Origin: Macrostomum lignano | Lineage: Eukaryota | Length of the DNA stretch: 64,000 bases | Assembly (NCBI GenBank): GCA_002269645.1 | Contig: NIVC01001957.1 | Coordinates: forward strand, 62,001 to 126,000 | Direction of reading: 5' to 3' | Part shown: piece after piece, positions 35,801-45,791 of the stretch | Position numbering within the stretch: position 1 is the stretch's first letter | Layout: each line of letters begins with the position of its first letter | Notes under the pieces: generated by a model | What the model was told of the DNA's origin: nothing | What the model saw: the letters and a program-made list of their open reading frames with translations, nothing else | Databases searched by the model: none | Program-made: the position numbers and the translations under genes

Positions 35801-38800
35801 TATTCCTCAGGTGGGATCAGAATCCCATCATGTTCACCAGTTGGGATCAGAATCCCCTGTTATTCCTCAGGTGGGATCAGAATCCCATCATGTTCACCAG
35901 TTGGGGTCAGAATCGACAGTCCGAATGAAATTGCCCACTCCAGATACGAACAAGCCCGCCTAGCCATGGAAAACCGATCTGAACGAGTTCAACAGGTTCA
36001 ACAACTGCTAGACAATGGCCTGGAACTGTTGTGCGTCACCGGCGTTGAAGACCGTCTGCAGACGGGCGTCCGGCCTACATTGGAGACGTTGCGCAACGCC
36101 GGGGTTCGAGTCTGGATGCTCACCGGCGACAAGCTCGAGACGGCTTGCTGCATCGCTAAGAGCTCTCGACTGGTTGATAAATCATCCGGTCTGTACGTGT
36201 TTGAACCAGCGTCGGGTCGCAGCGCTGATTTGGATAAAGAGATTCGTATTATGGCTAGACGGGTTGAGGCTGGACAGGGCGTTGTCATTACTGGCCAGTA
36301 TCTGCAGGTGAGACGGGGGGTTAATGCATGAATTTTAAGAAACAGCACCTGTTCGTGAAATTTGAACAATATTAGACTTGTCAGGCTCTACAAAAAGGCT
36401 TCCTTGGGGATAATTATGAGGCTTCCACATAGGCTAATATCAAAGCTTCCGCATGGCGCCAATATCAATCAAAGCTTCCGCATGGCGCCAATATCAATCA
36501 AAGCTTCCGCATGGCGCCAATATCAATCGAAGCTTCCGCATGGCGCCAATATCAATCAAAGCTTCCGCATAGCGCCAATATTAAAGCTTCCGCATAGCGC
36601 CAATATCAAAGCTTCCACATGGCGCCAATATCAAAGCTTCCGCATAGCGCCAATATCAAAGCTTCCGCATAGCGCCAATATCAAAGCTTCCGCATAGCGC
36701 CAATATCAAAGCTTCCGCATAGCGCCAATATCAAAGCTTCCGCATAGCGCCAATATCAAAGCTTCCGCATAGCGCCAATATCAATCAAAGCTTCCGCATA
36801 GCGCCAATATCAATCAAAGCTTCCGCATAGCGCCAATATCAATCAAAGCTTCCGCATAGCGCCAATATCAATCAAAGCTTCCGCATAGCACCAATATCAA
36901 AGCTTCCGCATGGCGCCAATATCAATCAAAGCTTCCGCATAGCGCCAATATCAATCAAAGCTTCCGCATAGCGCCAATATCAATCAAAGCTTCCGCATAG
37001 CGCCAATATCAATCAAAGCTTCCGCATAGCGCCAATATCAATCAAAGCTTCCGCATAGCGCCAATATCAATCAAAGCTTCCGCATAGCGCCAATATCTAT
37101 CAAAGCTTCTGCATGGCGCCAATATCAATCAAAGCTTCTGCATGGCGTCAATATCAAAGCTTCCACATAGGCCAATATCAAAGCTTCCGCATGCCGCCAA
37201 TATCAAAGCTTCCGCATGGCGCCAATATCAATCAAAGCTTCCGCATGGCGCCAATATCAATCAAAGCTTCCGCATGGCGTCAATATCAAAGCTTCCGCAT
37301 AGCGCCAATATCAATCAAAGCTTCCGCATGGCGCCAATATCAATCAAAGCTTCCGCATGGCGCCAATATCAATCAAAGCTTCCGCATGGCGCCAATATCA
37401 ATCAAAGCTTCCGCATAGCGCCAATATCAAAGCTTCCACATAGGCCAATATCAAAGCTTCCGCATGGCGCCAATATCAATCAAAGCTTCCGCATGGCGCC
37501 AATATCAATCAAAGCTTCCGCATAGCGCCAATATCAAAGCTTCCACATAGGCCAATATCAAAGCTTCCGCATGGCGCCAATATCAATCAAAGCTTCCGCA
37601 TAGCACCAATATCAAAGCTTCCGCATGGCGCCAATATCAATCAAAGCTTCCGCATAGCACCAATATCAAAGCTTCCGCATGGCGCCAATATCAAAGCTTC
37701 CGCATAGCGCCAATATCAAAGCTTCCGCATGGCGCCAATATCAATCAAAGCTTCCGCATAGCACCAATATCAAAGCTTCCGCATGGCGCCAATATCAATC
37801 AAAGCTTCCGCATAGCACCAATATCAAAGCTTCCGCATGGCGCCAATATCAAAGCTTCCGCATAGCGCCAATATCAAAGCTTCCGCACGCCTCTGACGCC
37901 TCCAGGCAGCCGTAGAGCAAGACGAGCGCCGGTTCATCCAGCTGGCCTGCCAAGCTCCCGCCGTTGTGGTCTGCCGCTGCTCTCCAACGCAAAAAGCCGA
38001 AGTCGTCCGCCTATTGAAAGAGCACACAGGGAAACGGTGCGCCGCTGTTGGCGACGGAGGCAACGATGTCGCCATGATTCAGGCTGCCGACTGCGGACTG
38101 GGCATTGTTGGCAAGGAGGGCAAGCAGGCGTCTCTGGCTGCCGACTTTAGCATTATGAGATTTCAACACGTGGCTAGATTGCTGCTTGTGAGTTGCTGTG
38201 CCTTTTGGGGTCTCTGTTTACCTAGTCTACCTCTCCCTCCCTGTCTACCTCTCCCTCCCTGTCTACCTCTCCCTCCCTGTCTACCTCTCCCTCCCTGTCT
38301 ACCTCTCCCTCCCTGTCTACCTCTCCCTCCCTGTCTACCTCTCCCTCCCTGTCTACCTCTCCTTCCCTGTCTACCTCTCCCTCCCTGTCTACCTCTCCCT
38401 CCCTGTCTACCTCTCCCTCCCTGTCTACCTCTCCCTCCCTGTCTACCTCTCCCTCCCTGTCTACCTCTCCCTCCCTATCTACCTCTCCCTCCCTGTCTAC
38501 CTCTCCCTCCCTGTCTACCTCTCCCTCCCCGTCTACCTCTCCTCTTCCTGTGTACCTCTCCGTTCCCAATCTACCTCTTCTTTTTCTGCCTACCTCAAGT
38601 CTCCCTGTCTACCTCCCCTCTCCCTGTCTACCTCCCCTCTCCCTGTCTACCTCTCCTCTCCCTGTCTACCTCCCCTCTCCCTGTCTACCTCCCCTCTCCC
38701 TGTCTACCTCTCCTCTCCCTGTCTACGTATCCTCTTCCTGTCTACCTCTCCCTCCCTGTCTACCTCTCCCTCCCTGTCTACCTCTCCCTCTCTTTCTACC

Positions 38801-40972
38801 TCTCCCTCCCTGTCTACCTCTCCCTCCCTGTCTACCTCTCCCTCCCTGTCTACCTCTCCCTCCCTGTCTACCTCTCCCTCTCTTTCTACCTCTCCCTCCC
38901 TGTCTACCTCTCCCTCCCTGTCTACCTCTCCCTCCCTGTCTACCTCTCCCTCTCTTTCTACCTCTCCCTCCCTGTCTACCTCTCCCTCCCTGTCTACCTC
39001 TCCCTCCCTGTCTACCTCTCCCTCCCTGTCTACCTCTCCTCTCCCTGTCTACGTATCCTCTCCCTGTCTACCTCTCCTCTCCCTGTCTACGTATCCTCTC
39101 CCTGTCTACCTCTCCCTCTCTTTCTACCTCTCCCTCCCTGTCTACTTCTCCCTCCCTGTCTACCTCTCCCTCTCTTTCTACCTCTCCCTCCCTGTCTACC
39201 TCTCCCTCCCTGTCTACCTCTCCTCTCCCTTTCTACGTATCCTCTCCCTGTCTACCTCTCCTCTCCCTCTCTCCATATCCTTCTCTCCCTGGCTACCTCT
39301 CCTATTTTTGTCTACCATTTTTATCCCTTTCAACGTCTGAATCCTCAATATTGCTTTAACCCCTGTCAGGTGCACGGCCGTCAGTGCTACAAAAACACGG
39401 CCATATTGGCTCAGTTCATTGTTCACCGCGGCCTAATTATCTCCACAATGCAAGCCGTGTTCTCTGCCGTATTCTTCTACGTGGCGATCAGCCTGTTTCC
39501 CGGAATATTGATGATCGGCTACGCCACGGTGTTCACCATGTTCCCAGTGTTCTCCCTGGTGCTGGACAAGGATGTGGCCGATTCTACTGCCGAAAAATTT
39601 CCCGAATTATATCGGGATCTGTTGAAGGGACGAGAATTGTCCGCTAAAGTGTTCTTTATATGGACCGCTATATCGCTTTATCAGGTGACTATGATTATGA
39701 TTTTTTGTGTTTAAGGTGTCTCAATGAGCAAAAATACCCTTGTAGATGTCTCAATCATCAAAAATACCCCTGTTGATGTCTCAATGACCAAAATACCCTT
39801 GTAGATGCCTCAATGACCAAAAATACCCCTATTGATGTCTCAATGACCAAAATACCATTGTTGATGTCTCAATGACCAAAAATACCCTTGTTGATGTCTC
39901 AATGACCAAAACTACCCCTGTAGATGCCTCAATGAATAAAAATACCCCTGTAGGTGTCTCAATGACCAGAAATACCCCTGTAGTTGTCTCACTGACCAGA
40001 AATACCCTTGTTGATGTCTCAATGACCAAAACTACCCCTTTAGGTGTCTCACTGACCAGAAATACCCCTGTAGGTGTCTCAATGACCAAAAGTACCCCTT
40101 TAGGTGTCTCACTGACCAGAAATACCCCTGTAGGTGTCTCAATGACCAAAAGTACCCCTTTAGGTGTCTCACTGACCAGAAATACCCCTGTAGGTGTCTC
40201 AATGACCAAAAGTACCCCTTTAGGTGTCTCACTGACCAGAAATACCCCTGTAGGTGTCTCAATGACCAGAAATACCCCTTTAGGTGTCTCAATGACCAGG
40301 AATACCCCTGTAGGTGCCTCAATGACCAGAAATACCCTGTAGGTGTCTCACTGACCAGAAATACCCTGTAGGTGTCTCAATGACCAGAAATACCCCTATA
40401 GGTGTCTCACTGACCAGAAATACCCTGTAGGTGTCTCAATGACCAGAAATACCCCTGTGGGTGTCTCACTGACCAGAAATACCCCTGTAGGTGTCTAAAT
40501 GAGCAGAAATACCCCTATAGGTGTCTCAATGACCAGAAATACCCCTGTGTCTCAATGACGCAAGATACGTAATCCTATACGGTAGGCTTTGTCTAAATTG
40601 AATCATTCAAAGCGAGGTCTAAATTGAAAATTTTAGGGCGGCATCATAATGTACGGCTCCCTGTGGCTATTTGAAGGCTCATTCTTGCACGTGGTCAGCA
40701 TCGCATTCACAGCCGTAGTGCTAACGGAGCTGATCATGGTGGCTCTCACCATTCGCACCTGGTGCTGGCAGATGGTATTAGCAGAATTTTTAAGCCTTAC
40801 CTGCTACGTAACGGCAATGTTCGTACTGACCGAATACTTTGGTAAGCTGTATTTATCATGCTATTCATTTTCTTTACTGTCTACTTTTGTTGGACAATTT
40901 TCAGTAGTCTGTTTGGTATTTTGTCTTTTAAATTCTTAAAATTTTTAAAGTTCGATTCAATAGTTTGGGGCT

Positions 40973-41006
<34 letters not shown>

Positions 41007-41211
41007 TGTGTGTGTGTGTTTTATTAATATTTGCTAATTAAAAACCCATTTAACCACCCCCCCTGCTCCGCCAGACCGAGCCTTCCTGTTAACGCTGGAC
41101 TTCCTATGGAAGGTGCTGGCCATCACCAGCGTCAGCTCTATTCCGTTCTTCCTGCTGAAATTTGTCCGCTACCAGATGAGCCCGCCAATAGCTAGAAAAT
41201 TGCAGGCGTAA
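23869..41211 (+). CDS. ATP9: P4-type ATPase phospholipid flippase, class II (ATP9A/B ortholog), 12 exons, ~1102 aa
   Basis: Exons 23869-24020, 28908-29310, 30181-30486, 31693-31982, 32758-32923, 33285-33611, 34310-34671, 35944-36307, 37906-38187, 39370-39684, 40637-40841 and 41075-41211, all with consistent phases. Motifs [39 protein letters not shown]. Confidence 0.95.
26057..27048 (-). mobile_element. Internally deleted mariner/Tc1-superfamily element with ~193-bp TIRs
   Basis: TA flanks at 26055-56 and 27049-50. TIRs 26057-26249 and 26856-27048 begin C(G/A)AGGGGTGT(C/T)CAAAAAGTAGTGATAC. Confidence 0.92.
26289..26609 (-). CDS. Truncated mariner transposase, N-terminal HTH DNA-binding region only (106 aa)
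   Basis: [40 protein letters not shown]...[18 protein letters not shown] matches the mariner bipartite HTH. No DD34D domain. Confidence 0.8.
   Translation of the reverse strand: MDVHSVVAQQSAIFTLWGAGHSASAIHAKLCSAHGSSAVSKMTVYRWMEQFSEGRTDLGDQHRTRRPYVHRPDVLADSILDLLDEDSQMTIREIADRLDKPKSTIH
27480..27834. mobile_element. 355-bp MITE with 14-bp TIRs and 8-bp TSD (hAT-like)
   Basis: TIRs CTGGGTTTTTAAGG / CCTAAAAAACCCAG. Perfect TSD TATTGAAT at 27472-27479 and 27835-27842. Internal CAGTTGCCA / TGGCAACTG subterminal motifs. Confidence 0.8.
29325..30120. repeat. ~30-bp degenerate AT-rich minisatellite with GGCGCC core (ATP9 intron 2)
   Basis: TTCAAATTTGGCGCCGATTTTT variants repeated. Confidence 0.9.
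30525..31626. repeat. 23-bp minisatellite GAATCGCCCTGTCAACCATAAAA (ATP9 intron 3)
   Basis: Directly visible, ~47 copies. Confidence 0.95.
32393..32741. repeat. 23-bp minisatellite CAAATTAGCGTCTCCTGACACAT (ATP9 intron 4)
   Basis: Directly visible, ~15 copies, ending just before the acceptor. Confidence 0.95.
33085..33226. repeat. 16-bp minisatellite CTTGGTGCTGGCGCCC (ATP9 intron 5)
   Basis: Directly visible, ~9 copies. Confidence 0.95.
33628..34285. repeat. 25-31-bp compound minisatellite with CCCAATGTACA core (ATP9 intron 6)
   Basis: Two sub-arrays: CCCCTGTCTAACCCCAATGTACATCCAAA, then CCCCAATGTACACCCAAACTCTCAG. Confidence 0.9.
34760..35913. repeat. 30-bp minisatellite GTTGGGATCAGAATCCCCTGTTATTCCTCA (ATP9 intron 7)
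   Basis: Directly visible. A second unit variant (CCCATCATGTTCACCA) occupies the 3' part. Confidence 0.95.
36420..37887. repeat. 25/29-bp minisatellite AAAGCTTCCGCATAGCGCCAATATC(AATC) (ATP9 intron 8)
   Basis: Directly visible, running into the acceptor region. Confidence 0.95.
38220..39310. repeat. 18-bp pyrimidine-rich minisatellite CTCCCTCCCTGTCTACCT (ATP9 intron 9)
   Basis: Directly visible. It keeps the 37966-39714 ORF open through the intron. Confidence 0.95.
39713..40556. repeat. 30-bp minisatellite GTCTCAATGACCAGAAATACCCCTGTAGGT (ATP9 intron 10)
   Basis: Directly visible. Confidence 0.95.
40973..41018. repeat. (TG)n microsatellite (ATP9 intron 11)
   Basis: Directly visible. Confidence 0.95.
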
Positions 41212-43073
41212 AAATTTATTTATTTATTAATATATCCTATATTATTTTATTTGACATTAATATTATTACAGATCTTCGGGTTCGCTTTTTGGTGTACTTT
41301 TTTTCTATTTTTGCACAATTTTTTTTCAGAACAAATGAAAATAACTATGACAAAAAGCTCTTGAATTATCTCCATTATTTATGATTATTTTACTTTGATG
41401 CGCTTGCTTGCACACGAGGTGGCATCTCTTTGATTTATTAATTTTTTTCTTCTTTACTTACGCTGTCACAATTTTAAGTCTACTCTACACAAACATTGAA
41501 AGTATAAAACAATAATATGGATATATAAAGGTAGGAATAAAGATATTTCGAACAAACCTTAACAACACAATTTTTTAAGTTCGTCATAAAAGACCCAAAA
41601 ACCCAAAAAGTTTTTATGCTTTTCTTTTCTGAACAAATGTACCACATGTATTCACGACCGTAAGCTATTTGTTTTAATTTTCTCTATTTGTACTCGTTTC
41701 ACATGGAAAAGTCACAACTATTATAACAAACAAATTAATATTATTAAATTCGAATTTTCTTGTTATACTTTGCTGTCCATTTTTGTGGCCTATTTTTGAA
41801 ATTCTTTATATTTTATGTATATTGTGTTTATTTACATTGTAGCCTGGCACGACAAGAACCGGTCTAAGAAGTCCTTTAATGAGACAACATTTTTTCATTG
41901 GAAAATGTTACCTTATAATCATTAGGGACATTGATTGAATAAACATTCCTGAAGTTTATAATAAAACTAATATAATGATTTTAGCCAATTGATATTTATA
42001 TGTGGAGATTATATTAATGAATTGGGACTTCAGTCAGACTATGTCACAGAATTTGTGCCACAAATATTATTATATATTAACGAACATATTAGTTATCGAT
42101 CATTTCGATTTGCTATATTGACTTGTAATATTCATTTTGCTTAAACCTTTCTATCTACGCTAAACTTTTCCCAAATATTTTTCGCAGTGCAATAATTACA
42201 ATAATAATATGTCGAATTATAATGATTCTTTTTTTATTTGAGGAAATCTTCCACTTCCAGTCAAGTGTTGTGCACACAGAGTGCAATTTTTGCGGGTGGT
42301 TGTATTAAATATCTATATTGTTTTCTTTTACGGTTTCTGTCTGTGCGCTTGTATAAATTAGTCTTTAAGTATAATGCATGCATTCAGAGTGCAAATCCAA
42401 TTTGGCTTATTAACATAAATATCTATCCATGCGCTTCCTGTCCTACTTATAGTTACGCAATATTTGGTAGTAGTGCTTTAGGACATAGCAGATATTTTTT
42501 CGAGTAACTTAACTTGCAAACTTGAAACATTGTTTCCCTTCGGGTTTGTGGCACACACAACACAGAGCTATGAATTATTTTTACGATTAAGTTTAATAAC
42601 TTTTTTGAAGCTGGAAAACTATATTTCTACCACTAAAGTGAATGCGATACGATAAATCACTTACAAAACTTGAGCTATTGGAGTTTAAGTTTAACTATTG
42701 CTGTTACTACTCATTTTGCTAAAATATGTGATATTTGCGTCCTATAAAATATCCTAGATAATGTGTTACTCTTGGCAAAAAGAAATAACATGACGTACTC
42801 TGCAAGCAAGCTGCAAGAGTATGAAGCAAACAAATCATTTTTATTTTTTTCAGTTGCACTTTTTTTCTTATTGATTTTTTTAGAAATACGGATAGTTAAT
42901 TTTAGGGTAGCTACTGTATACAAGGTAAATTACAGCAAGATAAATGACTGAAAAAAATGTTTTCTATTTTACTCGATTTTATTATTTTCCTTGTTAGAGT
43001 ACTGCTGAATTGAAGTTAAAGATTGAGATTGAAATTTTCTACCATGTTAAATGTGCAGATATAGATAGGATTA

Positions 43074-43310
43074 GTCGGGGGTCGGGGGTTCGATTCCCGA
43101 TCCCACTGGGACAAGTTGTGCCATTGAGCAAGACACTTAACTCTGCATTGCTTCAACTCACCCAGCTGTAAAATGGGTGCCAGAATTAGCTGGGGTAATT
43201 GAGGGTGTGTGGCGACCCCCCAGTCCTTGGACTGAACAGCCGTACGCAGCCTTCAGATGCGCCGCTCAATACTTACGGCTGAGCTGTCGGTTGCACATCT
43301 GGCCCAATTG
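43074..43310 (+). mobile_element. tRNA-derived SINE copy
   Basis: B-box GGTTCGATTCC, CORE-like CCATTGAGCAAGACACTTAACTCTGC...CTGTAAAATGGG, and the shared 3' domain. Confidence 0.82.
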
Positions 43311-44064
43311 TGACAGGCTTCATAAAAAAGTAGCTAGCAATGCAGACAGTAGAGTTGCTTGTCTGGTTGCTTTTTTAGTTATAAAGTATGCATAACAAAA
43401 TAACTTTTTGCAGCGGAACCGGTTTCGACTGGTCGGGCCTGCTGTTGCCTTGGAGACGCCGGCAAAACTACATGTCCAACTCGATGCCAGGCAGCAACCG
43501 TGTTAAACAGATGCTATTTAGCAGTTCTTCCTGTTCTTCGTCAAGTGCTGCGCCGGTTAGATACCGTGCACTTTTATCGCGCTGTTGGCCTAGTAAAAGC
43601 AAAAGTCGTTCGGCTACAGCTGATACTAGATGTGCAGAAGACTTGGAGTCCAGGCCATTGTTGTTTGAAGAGGCTGAGTCTTCTTCCAGTATTACACAAT
43701 TGATGCAGAGACAGAGTCGCTCATTGAAGTTGGCACACTCGCAGACTTAAACGTTAATTGTCATGGCATGCGGTAACTGTCTGCATTTTTATGTCGATCA
43801 AGTTTGCGGCTGACACTTCTAATCTGGATGATTCCTATTTGAACATGTAGATGAACATTTTTTCAACTATTATCTAGTCTTAAATGCTTTCACCGAAGCT
43901 GAAACATCGCTGCAGTTATTTTTTCTTTACATTGTAAACTCCATCAATCACGAAATAAACTTCTGACGCAAATATGAAGCTTTTACTCGATTAAGCTTTT
44001 TCTTGTCTGATTTTGAGGCGTGTGTATTCTAAATGCACTTAAAAGATTCCACTTTAATTTGGAC

Positions 44065-45752
44065 ATTCGCCCCCAACCCCAGTCCCTCAGTCAAATTAGA
44101 GCCCCCCCCCCAACCCCAGTCCCTCAGTCAAATTAGAGCCCCTCAACCCCAGTCCCTCAGTCAAATTAGAGCCCCCCAACCCCAGTCCCTCAGTCAAATT
44201 AGAGCCCCCCAACCCCAGTCCCTCAGTCAAATTAGAGCCCCCCCCCCAACCCCAGTCCCTCAGTCAAATTAGAGCCCCTCAACCCCAGTCCCTCAGTCAA
44301 ATTAGAGCCCCTCAACCCCAGTCCCTCAGTCAAATTAGAGCCCCTCAACCCCAGTCCCTCAGTCAAATTAGAGCCGGCAACCCCAGTATCTCAGTCAAAT
44401 TAGAGCCGGCAACCCCAGTCTCTCAGTCAAATTAGAGCCGGCAACCCCAGTCTCTCAGTCAAATTAGAGCCCCCAACCCCAGTCTCTCAGTCAAATTAGA
44501 GCCGGCAACCCCAGTATCTCAGTCAAATTAGAGCCCCCCAACCCCAGTCTCTCAGTCAAATTAGAGCCGGCAACCCCAGTATCTCAGTCAAATTAGAGCC
44601 GGCAACCCCAGTATCTCAGTCAAATTAGAGCCGGCAACCCCAGTATCTCAGTCAAATTAGAGCCGGCAACCCCAGTCTCTCAGTCAAATTAGAGCCGGCA
44701 ACCCCAGTATCTCAGTCAAATTAGAGCCGGCAACCCCAGTATCTCAGTCAAATTAGAGCCGGCAACCCCAGTCTCTCAGTCAAATTAGAGCCCCCCAACC
44801 CCAGTCTCTCAGTCAAATTAGAGCCGGCAACCCCAGTATCTCAGTCAAATTAGAGCCGGCAACCCCAGTATCTCAGTCAAATTAGAGCCGGCAACCCCAG
44901 TATCTCAGTCAAATTAGAGCCCCCCTCCCAACCCCAGTCCCTCAGTCAAATTAGAGCCGGCAACCCCAGTATCTCAGTCAAATTAGAGCCGGCAACCCCA
45001 GTCTCTCAGTCAAATTAGAGCCCCCCTCCCAACCCCAGTCCCTCAGTCAAATTATAGCCCCCCAACCCCAGTCCCTCAGTCAAATTAGAGCCCCCCTCCC
45101 AACCCCAGTCCCTCAGTCAAATTAGAGCCGGCAACCCCAGTCCCTCAGTCAAATTAGAGCCCCCAACCCCAGTCTCTCAGTCAAATTAGAGCCGGCAACC
45201 CCAGTCCCTCAGTCAAATTAGAGCCCCCAACCCCAGTCTCTCAGTCAAATTAGAGCCGGCAACCCCAGTCACTCAGTCAAATTAGAGCCCCCCAACCCCA
45301 GTCTCTCAGTCAAATTAGAGCCGGCAACCCCAGTCCCTCAGCCAAATTAGAGCCCCCCAACCCCAGTCTCTCAGTCAAATTAGAGCCGGCAACCCCAGTC
45401 ACTCAGTCAAATTAGAGCCCCCCAACCCCAGTCTCTCAGTCAAATTAGAGCCGGCAACCCCAGTCCCTCAGTCAAATTAGAGCCCCCCAACCCCAGTCTC
45501 TCAGTCAAATTAGAGCCGGCAACCCCAGTCACTCAGTCAAATTAGAGCCCCCCAACCCCAGTCCCTCAGTCAAATTAGAGCCGGCAACCCCAGTCACTCA
45601 GTCAAATTAGAGCCCCCCAACCCCAGTCCCTCAGTCAAATTAGAGCCGGCAACCCCAGTCTCTGAGTCAAATTAGAGCCGGCAACCCCAGTCTCTCAGTC
45701 AAATTAGAGCCGGCAACCCCAGTCTCTCAGTCAAATTAGAGCCGGCAACCCC
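44065..45752. repeat. 32/33-bp minisatellite CAACCCCAGTCCCTCAGTCAAATTAGAGCC(GG/CCT), ~50 copies, upstream of COQ6
   Basis: Directly visible; ends just before an acceptor-like CTCTTATAG (45763). Confidence 0.95.
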
Positions 45753-45791
45753 TGCTCTTATAGTTAATCGCCAGAACTTCTCAACATCTTC

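Noticed and set aside
37966-39714. 582-aa ORF as one ATP9 exon with a Pro/Leu-rich insert
   Set aside because: A canonical donor (38188) and acceptor (39369) remove the 18-bp array and restore the conserved RLLL|VHGR junction.
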